Shown here: positions 10,971 to 21,285 of the stretch, in pieces
How positions within the stretch are numbered: the stretch's first letter is position 1
Layout: the number at the start of each line of letters is the position of its first letter
Assembly: GCA_021413805.1 (NCBI GenBank)
Contig: JAIOPR010000052.1
Coordinates: forward strand, 1 to 45,464
Reading direction: 5' to 3'
Origin: Planctomycetota bacterium
GTDB lineage: Bacteria; Planctomycetota; MHYJ01; WSZJ01
DNA length: 45,464 nt
Program-made: the position numbers and the translations under genes
The notes under the pieces: generated by a model
Databases searched by the model: none
Told to the model about the DNA's origin: nothing
The model's input: only the letters and a program-made list of their open reading frames with translations

Positions 10971-12908
10971 TCACCGCCCCATGGCGGGCAGCCCCCCGAG
11001 GTAGCCGACCCATCCGCGCTGGTCCGTCTTGCAGCGCAGGCTCGTTTTCACCAGTTCGGGATAGCCGCTCAGGTCTTCGGCTGCCCCGGGATGCTGGATG
11101 CTGCACGTGATGTAGGCCCACCCGTTTGCGTCGTCCACCACGTTCAGCCCCGTGTTCTCGGCGCCGATCGGCGAAGAGAAGATGCGCACCGCGGTCCGGG
11201 AGTCCACGTTCCACGCCCAGATGAAATTGTTCAGGTGGTTCCCCGAGTCTTCTCCGATGAAGAGCGCCCTCATGGCTTCGGAGTAATGGAGGTTGTCGGG
11301 ATTGGCGACTTTCCCGGTGTCGCACTTGTCAAACCGCCCTGCGGCGGCGCCCGCGGGCTGGCGTGCGCCGGTGACGAGGGGCTCCATGTCAACGGCGACA
11401 AAGTCACTGGCGATCGGCTCGCCGCCCAGGTCCTTCTGTCCTCCCCTGAGATTGCTTTCGTACACGGCGCCGCCGTCGAGGTCCTCCTTTTCGCCGAGGA
11501 GCCGGATGTCGTCCCGGGGGCGGCTTCCGTTCTGCCCGTCCAACATTCCCTTCCGTATGTAACTGATCACCGTGTAAAGCTTCCCGTCCGCGACGTTGTG
11601 CGCCTGTCCTTCCATCTTCGTGAATTCCGTCGTCGCGCCGAGCGTCGCGGCGAAACGCCGCGTCTCCAGGAACTCTGCGGCCACTTCCATGCCCGGCTTG
11701 ACGCGCAAATACTCCAGGGCGGTCGAGCCGCCGGTCCCGGTGTACGCGCAGGCGGGCCTGTACTCCTTGAATTTCCCCGGGTCTGCCGACACGGCCGCCG
11801 GCTCCGCGACTTCCCAGATGTCCGAGAAACGCGTGCCCTTGTCGATCAGCGCCCTCACTTCCGCGTCCGTTGCATGTCCCAACCGGATCCAGACAATGGT
11901 GAAGCGGCCGAAGTTGGCGCCGTCCTTCTGCGCCAGCTGGGCCGCGTAGAGCGTCCCCGCCGAGAGGTCGCCGGCCTCGTCCGCGACATACATCGCGCGG
12001 ATTACATCGTCCCCGTCGTCGCCAAAGTACACCGTCTTCCGGTCATCCATGACATCGCCCAACTCGAACGACAGGCGACCCATCGAGAAGTGTTTCACGA
12101 CCTCCGTCTTGCCATCCGGCTTGACCGTGACTTCCGTGATGTGCCCGTACATGTAGGGATTCGCGCCCCCCTCTGAGGCCAGCTTCCCGGCAGTCCCGAG
12201 GTACAGGTTCATCGCCTCCAGGGGCTTCTTCTCGAAGACGCGCGCGTCAGGCTCGTACTCTTCGCTTCCGAGGTGCGTCATCCACGGCGTCGTGGAGGCA
12301 TTGCACGGGATCCAGACTCCCCCGACGCCCGAGAGATCGACGTTCGAGATCGACAACGGCGTCAGGCGACCCGTGGGGCCGTCCTGCTTCAGGACGGTGA
12401 GGTTGAGCGCCATGGGAAGACGCGCGTACAGGTTGACGGGCGGAAGTCCCGGGTCGGTGTTCGCGGCCTCCGTGTCGTACTCGAGGTGATTGACCAGGAA
12501 GAGCGTGCCCTCCCCGGCGCCGGGGACGGACAGCAGGGTCATGCCGTCGGCCCCCGCGGACATGAACGGCCCCCGGCCCGATACGCCGCGAGAATCCCGG
12601 ATGGTTTCGAGAATCGGCGCGCCCTTCGCATCGACCACCAGTCCCGCGTATCCGCCACCGACAAAGTCACCCGAGCGGTGAAGCGCCACATACGACAGCT
12701 TGAACGTGCGCTGCGTCCCGTCGGCCAGCGTCACGATGGCCTCGGACGTCGTGTACGGCGTGACCATTTCCATCTCGGTCGAGGGCGCGGGGGTCGGTGT
12801 GAAACGGACGTCCTTGACCTTCAGCCGGGAAGGCTCGGCGAAGACGGTCGAAAGGAAGGCGCCGCAGAGGAGCACAGCGGCGCTCGAGGCCCTGATCTTG
12901 AACCTCAT
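10971..12908 (-). CDS. phoX: PhoX-family (DUF839) secreted alkaline phosphatase
   Basis: Signal peptide, motifs CNASTTPWMTHLGSEEY, MGRLSFE, KMEG, NPDNL, IGEDS, GAENTG and IQHP. GGAGG RBS before ATG 12908. Confidence 0.85.
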   Translation of the reverse strand: MRFKIRASSAAVLLCGAFLSTVFAEPSRLKVKDVRFTPTPAPSTEMEMVTPYTTSEAIVTLADGTQRTFKLSYVALHRSGDFVGGGYAGLVVDAKGAPILETIRDSRGVSGRGPFMSAGADGMTLLSVPGAGEGTLFLVNHLEYDTEAANTDPGLPPVNLYARLPMALNLTVLKQDGPTGRLTPLSISNVDLSGVGGVWIPCNASTTPWMTHLGSEEYEPDARVFEKKPLEAMNLYLGTAGKLASEGGANPYMYGHITEVTVKPDGKTEVVKHFSMGRLSFELGDVMDDRKTVYFGDDGDDVIRAMYVADEAGDLSAGTLYAAQLAQKDGANFGRFTIVWIRLGHATDAEVRALIDKGTRFSDIWEVAEPAAVSADPGKFKEYRPACAYTGTGGSTALEYLRVKPGMEVAAEFLETRRFAATLGATTEFTKMEGQAHNVADGKLYTVISYIRKGMLDGQNGSRPRDDIRLLGEKEDLDGGAVYESNLRGGQKDLGGEPIASDFVAVDMEPLVTGARQPAGAAAGRFDKCDTGKVANPDNLHYSEAMRALFIGEDSGNHLNNFIWAWNVDSRTAVRIFSSPIGAENTGLNVVDDANGWAYITCSIQHPGAAEDLSGYPELVKTSLRCKTDQRGWVGYLGGLPAMGR

Positions 12909-12982
12909 GGAAGAACCTCCGGGAAGTGGTGCGGCGTTGAAGCTAGCTCTCCCCACCGCAAGATCAACCCCCTCCTTTGACA

Positions 12983-13009
12983 TTCACACCATCTTCATCG
13001 CACCGCAAC
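12983..13009. promoter_or_regulatory. candidate Pho-box-like direct repeats at 11-bp spacing
   Basis: TTCAC (12983), TTCAT (12994) and degenerate GCAAC (13005), lying between divergent phoX and NUDIX-CHAD. Confidence 0.4.
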
Positions 13010-13099
13010 GCGGCCCAAACCCGCCTGCGGGGGCGGTCCCGGTTCAAGTTTGCCTCCATCCACGGCCGATAAAACCCGAGGCATCCAGAGAGGGGACCG

Positions 13100-13537
13100 A
13101 TGACCCGCCGAGACTCCGCCTTCGCCGTCATCCACCGCCGGCAGCAGGTCCTGCTCGTCAAGCCCACGGGCGGGCGGCGCTGGCAGCTCCCGGGCGGCGG
13201 CATCAAGCCGAACGAGACGCCGTGGACGGCCGCGGTGAGGGAGGTGCTCGAGGAAACCGGGCTCGACGCGCAGATCCTGGCACTCACCGGGATATACCGC
13301 CGCTCGGACGGCTCCCTGGCGTACGTCTTCGCCGCCCGCGTTGGTTGGCAGGACATCCCCCGGGGCCGCCTGAACGAAATCGCCAAGCGCCGCTGGATTC
13401 CCGTGGTCGAGGCCGGCGACCGCCTGCCGCGAGCCTCTCGCGCCCGGCTCAAGGACGCCCTCCGCAAACCCGGACTCTTCCGCACGGCCCCGACGGCCCG
13501 CGTTGAAGAACGGGCGCTTCTCTTTTCAGCAGGATAG
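13100..13537 (+). CDS. NUDIX hydrolase
   Basis: Nudix box WQLPGGGIKPNETPWTAAVREVLEETG. RBS GAGGGG. Confidence 0.92.
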   Translation: MTRRDSAFAVIHRRQQVLLVKPTGGRRWQLPGGGIKPNETPWTAAVREVLEETGLDAQILALTGIYRRSDGSLAYVFAARVGWQDIPRGRLNEIAKRRWIPVVEAGDRLPRASRARLKDALRKPGLFRTAPTARVEERALLFSAG

Positions 13538-13543
13538 CCCCCC

Positions 13544-14413
13544 ATGAAGACGCTCGAAGCGGCGCCCCCGACGCCCACGCTTGCAGGCAGTTTCTCGAAG
13601 ACGGCATCGCAGCACCTTGAACGACTGCGCGAAGGCGAGAAACAGGTGCGGGAAAGCGGCGACCTCGAGGGCGTCCATCTCATGCGGACCTCGTGCCGTC
13701 GGCTGCGGGCGACGGTGAAATACCTGGGCGACCACCTCGCGCGCGCCGACCGGAAGTCACTTCAGGGCGGCCTGCGCTCGCTCATGGCGGCCCTAGGGCC
13801 GGTGCGGGACCTGGACGTCCTGCGGCACGCGATCCAGGGGACGCCGGGACTGGACCCCAAGGAAGCCGAACTGCTGGCGATGTCGGTTGACAGCCTGGTC
13901 GCGCCGGCGACGTTGCGGATGAACGAAGCCCTCGGCGGCGGCGACTACGCGCGCCTCCTCAGGGACCTGGCCCGAGTGGCGGAGTCCTCTGCGCGCTCGA
14001 TGCCCGCCAGCCTCGCCGGCCCCTCGCGGATCGGCAAAGCGCTCGCCGAGGCCGTGCGACTCAAGCCCGCCAACTGGGCTGCCGCCCCGGACGAAGAGCT
14101 TCACGATCTCCGGAAGGGCATCAAGAAGCTTCGCTATGCGCTGGAAGCCTTTGCGCCGTCCTACGGCCGCCCGGTGTCGCGTGCCATCGAGCGCTGCCGC
14201 GAACTCCAGGAATCGCTCGGAACGCTCCAGGACGCGGCCGTTTTCGGCTCGCTGCTCAAGGGAGTCCGCACCTTCGGCTCAGGACAGTTCCTTGCGACCG
14301 TGCGCGCTCGCGCCGATGCGGGAATCCAGGCGCTTCCCGCCCACTGGGAGCGGGCGTTCGGACCCAAAGGCCTCTCAAGGCTGGGCGGGCATCTCTTCCG
14401 CAGAGCCGTGTGA
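13544..14413 (+). CDS. CHAD domain protein (polyphosphate-binding)
   Basis: Motifs VHLMRTSCRRLRA, LGPVRDLDV, LHDLRKGIKKLRYALE and LQESLGTLQD. Confidence 0.9.
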   Translation: MKTLEAAPPTPTLAGSFSKTASQHLERLREGEKQVRESGDLEGVHLMRTSCRRLRATVKYLGDHLARADRKSLQGGLRSLMAALGPVRDLDVLRHAIQGTPGLDPKEAELLAMSVDSLVAPATLRMNEALGGGDYARLLRDLARVAESSARSMPASLAGPSRIGKALAEAVRLKPANWAAAPDEELHDLRKGIKKLRYALEAFAPSYGRPVSRAIERCRELQESLGTLQDAAVFGSLLKGVRTFGSGQFLATVRARADAGIQALPAHWERAFGPKGLSRLGGHLFRRAV

Positions 14414-14969
14414 CGGGCGCCGAAGGAGATTCAGGCGGCGTCGTAGCCGACGAGGGGAGTCTTGATATCTGCAGCGGAAACCCCGCCGGCCGTTTCGTCG
14501 CCCGTCAGGAGATCGCCCTGGCACGGCTCGCCCCCACTCCACCCGAGGGGCGCCGAAGAGGCGCGCGCCCACAGCCTCTCCGGCCGAGGCACAGCCGCGA
14601 CAAGCGGTGTGCCGGCCCCATCGGATTGAGAGGAAGCAAGGAGGGCCGACTCATTCCCACTCGCAGGCCCCCCGGCACGCGTACGGCGCCCCGGGCCCGG
14701 AGCGAAAATCGAGAGCAGCAGGATCCAAACCAGTGCGGCGATGAGCAGCATCCGGCCTCCTTTCGTTGCACGACACGAAGATGGTAGGCGGGGCCTGTGA
14801 AGCGCGCGTTCAGCGGGCGTGAAGTCTTGCCGAATGCGCCAGATTCTTTTCGGGACTCGAATTCACCGGGAATTAGCGCGGGCTTCACGCTCCCTTGGTG
14901 GCCAGGCGGTTTCATCCCTGTCGTCCCCGCGCGAGTGCCGCGAGGAACCGACCAGAAACAGGAGCCCCC

Positions 14970-15476
14970 ATGAAAGTTCACGAACTTTGTCGGCGCGCGC
15001 CGTACACGATCGGCCCCGATGCGAACCTGGCCCAGGCCGTGGCCGCAATGTGGGAAGGAGACTGCGGCGCCCTGGTCGTCGTCGATGCCGAAACCCGGCC
15101 GCTGGCCGTCATCACCGATCGCGACATCGCCGTCGCCCTCGGCACTCGCGACGTCGCGGCGAGCGCCCTCAAGGTCTCGGACGTGATGTCCCGCCGCCTC
15201 TTTACCTGCCTCTCCGATGACGACGTCCGCGCCTCCATCCGCTTCATGGTGCGCAACGGCGTCCGGCGCCTCCCGGTCATCGACCGCGAAGCGAAGCTCA
15301 CGGGGATGCTGTCGGTCAACGACCTCGTGCTCGCGGCGCAGTCCGCGCGAATGTCCCGTCACGACGAACTGACCTGGGCGGACCTCGTCCCGGCGCTGGA
15401 AGTGCTCTACCGTCCGTCGCGCTCGCGGATCCCGGATCATCTCAGGGGCGAAGCGAAGGAGCTTGTCACGACGTAG
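14970..15476 (+). CDS. CBS domain-pair protein
   Basis: Motifs MWEGDCGALVVVD, VITDRDI and GVRRLPVID..GMLSVNDL. AGGAG RBS. Confidence 0.9.
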   Translation: MKVHELCRRAPYTIGPDANLAQAVAAMWEGDCGALVVVDAETRPLAVITDRDIAVALGTRDVAASALKVSDVMSRRLFTCLSDDDVRASIRFMVRNGVRRLPVIDREAKLTGMLSVNDLVLAAQSARMSRHDELTWADLVPALEVLYRPSRSRIPDHLRGEAKELVTT

Positions 15477-15480
15477 TGGT

Positions 15481-16164
15481 TCAGCAATCGCGCTGCATTA
15501 CCTGGCTGCCAGACGCGCGCTCCATCTCGAAGGCCGCAGCATCCCGCGTCCTTCCCCGCGGGCGTAGCATCCGCCACGCCTTCTCGTCAGGAACGCGATG
15601 CCATTTTTTAAGGGATCGCCCGACGCCGCTGAGGCGGGGGTGGGTCATCAGGCAGACCACATCGTCCGCCAGGGGCTTAATGCTCGCGATGGAATGTTCT
15701 GTGGCGGCGAGGGCAACGGCGACGATGTGCGAAGCGCGCCGGGCGCGGAGGCTGCGAAGCGCGGCGCGCATCCGTACGCCGGTCGCGAGGCCATCGGCCA
15801 CAAGGATGACGACGCGCCCGGCGACGTTCGGGTTCGTCGAGCCGGGCAGCCAGCGGACGCGCTTCAGGAGCATTCGTGAGAGCCCGTCGATGATCCGGCT
15901 CGCCAGCAGTTCCTCGGAGCCGGTGTTCACATCGCCCGAGTCCAGTTCGACTTCGCCGGTCTCCGCAACCGCGCCGCGGTAACCCTCCACGACCAGCCCT
16001 TCGGCCTGCACCATCCCAAGTTCGGCGCCGAGCCAGAGCGCGACTTCCCGGGCAATCGGGACGCCGCCCGGGGGAAGAGCCAGGACGACGGGGCGGGGAA
16101 CGCGGTACTCCGACAGGCGGGCACCGAGCGCACGCCCAAGTTCCTCAATGTCGTTCGGTTGCAT
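15481..16164 (-). CDS. phosphoribosyltransferase-like protein (degenerate motifs)
   Basis: Motifs VVLALPPGGVPIAREVA, VILVADGLATG and ADDVVCL. GGAG RBS before ATG 16164. Confidence 0.75.
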   Translation of the reverse strand: MQPNDIEELGRALGARLSEYRVPRPVVLALPPGGVPIAREVALWLGAELGMVQAEGLVVEGYRGAVAETGEVELDSGDVNTGSEELLASRIIDGLSRMLLKRVRWLPGSTNPNVAGRVVILVADGLATGVRMRAALRSLRARRASHIVAVALAATEHSIASIKPLADDVVCLMTHPRLSGVGRSLKKWHRVPDEKAWRMLRPRGRTRDAAAFEMERASGSQVMQRDC

Positions 16165-16408
16165 GTGGGTCTCCGGGTGAATTCCGCACGGGCGGCGGCG
16201 TCGCTCGCGGGGGAAGGAGGATGATGGCCCGTGCGTGCAGGCATTGAGCAAAGGACGGGTGAAGAATCCGTAATGATTCGCGGGACTAAAACCCTGCCGC
16301 GGCGTCGAAGTTAGCTCGTCACGCGGCAGGCGTCGCCGAGGACGGCCTGAACGCACAATCCCGCATCTGCCGCTTCCGCAATGAAGAGATGTCTGGTAGG
16401 AACATCCT

Positions 16409-16936
16409 GTGAAACAGAGTGAACTGCCTCACGTTTCGTTTGCGCGGGCGGACGTCACGATGGCGCGCGAACTGCGCGGCCTCGCCGAGGCCTGCGCCGG
16501 GGACCTGACGCGCCGGTTCGGGAACGGACACTGGTCCGGTGTACGGACGCTGGAGACAATCCGGCGCGGGGTGAAAACGCGCGAGGTCTGGGTTGCGCAG
16601 GAAAACGGGAAGATCGTCGGGACCTTCACGCTGGAGCCGAAGAAACCCGGCTTCATTTCGCGCCGAAACTTCACGAACCCGCAGGAGACGTACCTCTGGC
16701 TGGTGAGTTTATTCGTGCACCCGGCACGACAGGGACAAGGCGTCGGGAGGGCGTGCATCTCGGAAATGCGCCGGGTCGCGCTGGCAAAGGGCGCCCGGTG
16801 GATCCGCTGGGACGCCTACAGCGCGCCTGCCGGGGCCGCGGCTTTCTGCGAAAAGTGCGGCGCGAATCGAATCGACGAGACATCCATTCGCGGCGTCGGG
16901 CTCGCCATCTTCGAGATTTCCGCGGGCCCAGCCTGA
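16409..16936 (+). CDS. GNAT family N-acetyltransferase
   Basis: Acetyl-CoA binding motif LFVHPARQGQGVG plus AAAFCEKCG. Confidence 0.85.
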   Translation: MKQSELPHVSFARADVTMARELRGLAEACAGDLTRRFGNGHWSGVRTLETIRRGVKTREVWVAQENGKIVGTFTLEPKKPGFISRRNFTNPQETYLWLVSLFVHPARQGQGVGRACISEMRRVALAKGARWIRWDAYSAPAGAAAFCEKCGANRIDETSIRGVGLAIFEISAGPA

Positions 16937-17059
16937 GGATAATTTCTTCACGGCCGCGACGCCGGGCCCGATCCCGAACTCGAGGACATCACGCATTACG
17001 AACGTGATCCCCGCTGCCCGAAACGTCGAGGCCGCGGGGACCACGGAATTGGACGTCGG

Positions 17060-17878
17060 TCAGAACTGGATGGTGACCTCGGCAAAGAACCCCTGGACTG
17101 CCATCTCAATGTCGAAGTGGTCGTCCCCTCGCCGATCCTCAAGATCGATCCCGATGTAGCGGTACCCGGCGCCGATGGCGACGTTCTGGAAAAGGTAGAA
17201 CTTGGCCTGCACCGTTGCATCGAGGAAACCGGTGCGGATCTCGCGATACCGGATGTACATGGCCTCCGCGTCGGCCTCTAGGGAAATGCAGTTCAGGAAA
17301 CCGAAGCTGGCAGAGGCCCGCGCGACGGGAATGACAGTGTCGCTGTCAACGCGCTCCCGCGGACCGTTGGGGTCCTTCTTCACCGCGCCTTCGGCGTAGA
17401 GGTACCGGCCGCCGACACCGAGACCCAGCCGGAAACCGGCCTTCTTCGCTTCGCCGACATCGATGAGCATGAACTCCGCATCGACGCCACCACTCCGCAC
17501 CGTGACCTCCGAATCCACATCGTCGAACGTGTTGTACTTCGTCCCGTTGTACGTGAAGCTATCGGAGACGACTTGCGAAGATTCATATTCCTGCTGGAAG
17601 TAGCGGGCTTCGACACGCAGGCGCTTGAAGCGCACCTGGGCGAGCCCCTCGACGGCAATCTTGTCATTGCCCAGGTCGAGATCGTCATGCCAGTCGATCT
17701 TGCTTCCGTCGATATCCTCGGTGCCGACTTCCGCGCTGCCTTCGAGCCTCGCCAGCCAGGCGCGACCTTCAACCTTGATGAGGTAATCGTCGATCGACTT
17801 CCCGTCGAGGTCGAAGATTCCCCCGGCGAAGGCCGGGACAGCGCAGAGCGCGAGCGCCAGGCAAATCCTTGTGAGCAT
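17060..17878 (-). CDS. outer-membrane beta-barrel protein
   Basis: Signal peptide MLTRICLALALCAVPAFA, amphipathic strands, IGAGYRY motif and C-terminal Phe (GFFAEVTIQF). Confidence 0.8.
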   Translation of the reverse strand: MLTRICLALALCAVPAFAGGIFDLDGKSIDDYLIKVEGRAWLARLEGSAEVGTEDIDGSKIDWHDDLDLGNDKIAVEGLAQVRFKRLRVEARYFQQEYESSQVVSDSFTYNGTKYNTFDDVDSEVTVRSGGVDAEFMLIDVGEAKKAGFRLGLGVGGRYLYAEGAVKKDPNGPRERVDSDTVIPVARASASFGFLNCISLEADAEAMYIRYREIRTGFLDATVQAKFYLFQNVAIGAGYRYIGIDLEDRRGDDHFDIEMAVQGFFAEVTIQF

Positions 17879-17917
17879 AAGATGTCCTCTGTCTTCCCGA
17901 TGGTGAGAATGGGTCAC

Positions 17918-17945
17918 GCCGGCGCGGCAACTCGGCCGCGCCGGC
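17918..17945. other. perfect 11-bp GC stem-loop between the ElaB-like gene and the barrel gene
   Basis: GCCGGCGCGGC-AACTCG-GCCGCGCCGGC. No U-tract, so possibly an mRNA stability or attenuation hairpin. Confidence 0.5.
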
Positions 17946-17963
17946 CCAATTCAGACGTCGGTG

Positions 17964-18242
17964 TCAGCGGCGGCCCAGGAAGAACCCGAGCAGCGCACCC
18001 GCGACGGAAGCGGCGAGGACCGAGCGGAGAGGGTTACGCGACACGGCCTCTCCCGTCGTGGCGCGGATGGCCAGTACCTTGCGACGCCCAGCTTTCGCGG
18101 CGCGCTTGGAACCGGTTTTCAGGGTCGCCAGGTTGCGCTCGACAGCCTCTTCTACCCTGTCCTTGATCGAAGTCATTCCATCCGTCAGCGCGTGGGCCCT
18201 GGAAGCGTGGTTCGAACGATGTCCATTTGAGCTGTGTGCCAT
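17964..18242 (-). CDS. DUF883 / ElaB-YqjD family tail-anchored protein
   Basis: C-terminus VSRNPLRSVLAASVAGALLGFFLGRR. AAAGGAG RBS. Confidence 0.8.
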   Translation of the reverse strand: MAHSSNGHRSNHASRAHALTDGMTSIKDRVEEAVERNLATLKTGSKRAAKAGRRKVLAIRATTGEAVSRNPLRSVLAASVAGALLGFFLGRR

Positions 18243-18280
18243 GACGTTCTCCTTTGAGTTGTTGACGGATTGGAGGCAAA

Positions 18281-18296
18281 AGCAAAGACAATGCCA
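18281..18296 (-). promoter_or_regulatory. sigma54 -24/-12 promoter
   Basis: Minus strand TGGCAT-TGTCT-TTGCT, about 40 bp upstream of the ElaB-like ATG. Confidence 0.8.
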
Positions 18297-18545
18297 CGGG
18301 ACTGACACGGGAGTTCCTCCTGGTGGCGCGGAACGAATCGGGTCTCCCGGGGCGCCGATCGGCGCGTTGAATCGGCAAAACTTGCCCAAAACGGAAATTC
18401 ATTCTCCCCGCGGGCGGTCCCGGGGAAGACCAGGAACGACCTTGGCGTCATTCGAAGGCAGGAATCCGATCCGGCGCGCAAGTCTCGTACACTTCCAGGC
18501 CTCGGCTCGCGATCCCCGAACCAGCGGGCCCAGCCGGCAGACGCG

Positions 18546-19826
18546 TTACCTGAAATACTTCTCAATCCCATGCGAGAGCGCAAACGCGTTCGGCTTCCCG
18601 ATGAGCCCCTGTACGAAATTCCCTATGGGGAAGCGCCGGCCCGGGTCGAACTCCGCTTCGAAGTCTCTTCGATTCGACTGGATCATTTCGGCGACGTAAC
18701 GCCCGAGCGCGTCGGCCCATGCCAGCCCCGTGGCCCCGGCCATGAAGGAGAGCGTCGGGTCAGCGGTATCCCGGGCCGCGAGGGGAAGGAAGTCCTTGCT
18801 GACGCCGATGAGCCCGGGCCAGAAGTATTCGATCTCGACCGGCACATGCGGGAATCGCTGGCCGAGCCACGAGCGCATCTTCCGGAGAATCCGGGGGGCC
18901 ACCGCCCGCTCCTTGCCGTAGGTGTACAGCAGGCTCGCAGCCCCGATGAGAAGACGGTTGCCGCCGATGACGCGGAAGTACTGGTAGATGAGGTCCGTGT
19001 CCCACACCATCAATCGCGCTTCCGGGAAGATCGCTGCGACTTGCGCGTCGCGGAGCGGGGCTGAAACCGCGAGGAAGGTCTGCACGTGGTAGACCTGCCT
19101 GGGAATCACGTCGACTTCCGGCAGGAAGCGGTCGAGGCAGAGCACCACGGCGTCGGCCCGGACGGTGTGCCCGTTCGCGGTCACCTGCCCTTTCCCCGCG
19201 GCCGTGACGCGAGTCTGTTCATGGATCACGACGCCGGATTGCAGCAGGACATCACGCATCGCGCGGCAGTACCGGTGCGCGTTGATGCCGAATGTCCTGG
19301 AATATCGCAGGCCGCCGTGCGATCCGTTCGACCCGAGAAGCGACGTCAGCGACTCGCGGTCGTGAAGAGTGCTTCCGTAACCGAAGGCCTGCCTCGCGGC
19401 GTGCTCCGCCTGCACGACCGCCGCTCCTTTCTTCGACGCGGCGAGAAACAGCGAGTCCTGGACCTGCAGGTCGCAGTCGATGCCAAAACGCCTGATGTTC
19501 GCGAGGATCGCTTCCACTCCCCCCAGCGCGAATTCCCAAAGGCGCTTCGCTACCCCTGGCCCAAGATTCCGGATGAGGTCGCACAACTCCATTTCGGAAT
19601 CCGGCGTGACGAATCCCGACGATTTCCCGCTCGCGCCACTTCCGCACCGGTCTTTCTCCAGGAGGACGACCTTGCGGCCCTGCTTGCCCAGTGCCTGCGC
19701 ACAGCTGAGGCCAGCCACGCCACCGCCCACCACCACGACTTCGGTCCGCGCATCCTGCGCCAGCGGCATCGGCGGCGATTCCTGCGGTGCCTGCTCGTGC
19801 CAGAATATCCGTGGCTGAACTCTCAT
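18546..19826 (-). CDS. FAD-dependent amine oxidoreductase, PuuB/OrdL (DAO) family
   Basis: Rossmann motif VVVVGGGVAGL, GSGASGKSSG, YQYFR and YFWPG. ATGA overlap with hss. Confidence 0.85.
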   Translation of the reverse strand: MRVQPRIFWHEQAPQESPPMPLAQDARTEVVVVGGGVAGLSCAQALGKQGRKVVLLEKDRCGSGASGKSSGFVTPDSEMELCDLIRNLGPGVAKRLWEFALGGVEAILANIRRFGIDCDLQVQDSLFLAASKKGAAVVQAEHAARQAFGYGSTLHDRESLTSLLGSNGSHGGLRYSRTFGINAHRYCRAMRDVLLQSGVVIHEQTRVTAAGKGQVTANGHTVRADAVVLCLDRFLPEVDVIPRQVYHVQTFLAVSAPLRDAQVAAIFPEARLMVWDTDLIYQYFRVIGGNRLLIGAASLLYTYGKERAVAPRILRKMRSWLGQRFPHVPVEIEYFWPGLIGVSKDFLPLAARDTADPTLSFMAGATGLAWADALGRYVAEMIQSNRRDFEAEFDPGRRFPIGNFVQGLIGKPNAFALSHGIEKYFR

Positions 19827-21250
19827 CGCACGATGACGTTCTTGAACTGCCAGGGGTCCGCTTCATCGAGATCTTCGGGAAACAGCGTCCCGCGATCCCG
19901 AAGCGGCGTCCAGTCGGTGTACACGCCGGTCACCGGCCCAAGGTACGGGCGCTGGACTTCGAGGCAACGCCGGAAGTCCAGGTCGTCAGCCTCGACGATT
20001 CCTGCACGCGGATTGTCGAGCGCCCAGGCCATCCCGGCAATGACCGCAGAGGTGACCTGCAAGCCCGTCGCGTTCTGGTACGGGGCGAGCCGTCGCGTCT
20101 CTTCGATCGAGAGTCGTGAACCGTACCAGTACGCGTTCTTCGGATGGCCGTAGAGGAGCACCCCGAGCTCGTCGATTCCGTCCACGATTTCGTTCTCGTC
20201 CAGGATGCGCCCGGTCGATTGCCGCTTCGAGCCGCTGCCGAAGAGCTCGTGAAGCGACAGCACCGCGTCGCTGGCCGGGTGATATGCGTAGTGGCAAGTC
20301 GGCCGGTACGCGACGTGCCCGTTCTCCCGCACGGTGAACCAGTCGGCAATCGAGATCGACTCGTTGTGAGTGACGAGAAAACCGTATTGCGGACCGGGGG
20401 TCGGGCACCAGCTTCGCACTCTCGTGTTGGCGCCAGGACGCAGGAGATAGATCGACGCGCCGCAGCCGGCATCGTGAAGCCGGCCGTCGGGCGGAAGTTC
20501 CTTTTCGTGAGTCCCCCAGCCGAGCTCGGCGGGCTGAAGCCCTTCCGACACGAATCCGTCGATGGACCACGTGTTGATGAAGGTGTCGACAGGCTTCGGC
20601 GTGCGGGACCGCTGCGTATCGCGCTCCGCGATATGGATTCCCTTCACTCCCGCGCGCTGCATCAATTTCGCCCATTCGGCGCGGGATCCCGGGACGACGG
20701 AACCCAGGCCAGTGGCGGCGGCGACGTCGAGAAGTGCCTGCTTGACGAACCACGAGACCATTCCCGGGTTGGCTCCGCAGCAACTGACGGCGGTGGGACC
20801 TTCCGGATGCGCTCGGCGTTGCGCGAGCAGCGCTTCACGCAAAGCGTAGTTGGATCGCTGGGCCACGGTGAGCGATCCGTCCGTGTAGAACCCCGGCCAC
20901 GGCTCGATCACCGTATCGATGCAGAGCGCGTTCGCTTCGCGACAGACCTCGATTATCGCGGTAGACGAGACGTCAACGGAGACGTTGACCACGAACCCCT
21001 GGCCAGGCCCGGCGTTGAGAAGCGGCAACAGCACTTCCCTGTGGTTGGCGCGAGTCAGCGCGGTTTTCGCGAAGCGGACGCCCGTTTTTTCTGCGAGCCC
21101 CCGGTGGCAATCGTCGGGATCGAGGACGGTGATTCTCGCCGGATCACATTCAAAATGGCGAAGGAGGAGCGGCAGAGTTCCGCGACCGATCGAGCCGAAC
21201 CCGATCATGACGATGGGGCCATCGATGCGGCCATGGATCTGCGGGGGCAA
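19823..21250 (-). CDS. hss: homospermidine synthase
   Basis: Motifs [68 protein letters not shown] and DPWQF. TTG start with AAAGGAG RBS. Confidence 0.95.
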   Translation of the reverse strand: MPPQIHGRIDGPIVMIGFGSIGRGTLPLLLRHFECDPARITVLDPDDCHRGLAEKTGVRFAKTALTRANHREVLLPLLNAGPGQGFVVNVSVDVSSTAIIEVCREANALCIDTVIEPWPGFYTDGSLTVAQRSNYALREALLAQRRAHPEGPTAVSCCGANPGMVSWFVKQALLDVAAATGLGSVVPGSRAEWAKLMQRAGVKGIHIAERDTQRSRTPKPVDTFINTWSIDGFVSEGLQPAELGWGTHEKELPPDGRLHDAGCGASIYLLRPGANTRVRSWCPTPGPQYGFLVTHNESISIADWFTVRENGHVAYRPTCHYAYHPASDAVLSLHELFGSGSKRQSTGRILDENEIVDGIDELGVLLYGHPKNAYWYGSRLSIEETRRLAPYQNATGLQVTSAVIAGMAWALDNPRAGIVEADDLDFRRCLEVQRPYLGPVTGVYTDWTPLRDRGTLFPEDLDEADPWQFKNVIVR

Positions 21251-21285
21251 AGGGCACTCCTTTCAGCCCATGCCGGGCGCTTCTG

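Noticed and set aside
14431-14751. 106-aa ORF with hydrophobic N-terminus (MLLIAALVWILLLSIF)
   Set aside because: It has a possible RBS, but the remainder is low-information sequence with no recognisable domain. Too weak to call.
14899-14914. Possible twelfth sigma54 promoter before the CBS gene (TGGCCA-GGCGG-TTTCA)
   Set aside because: The -12 element has TC instead of the conserved GC, so it was not counted, although a UAS-like site lies upstream at 14819.
16940-17044. Minus-strand peptide RDVLEFGIGPG resembling methyltransferase motif I
   Set aside because: Only about 10 residues with no further domain. Could be chance or a tiny remnant.
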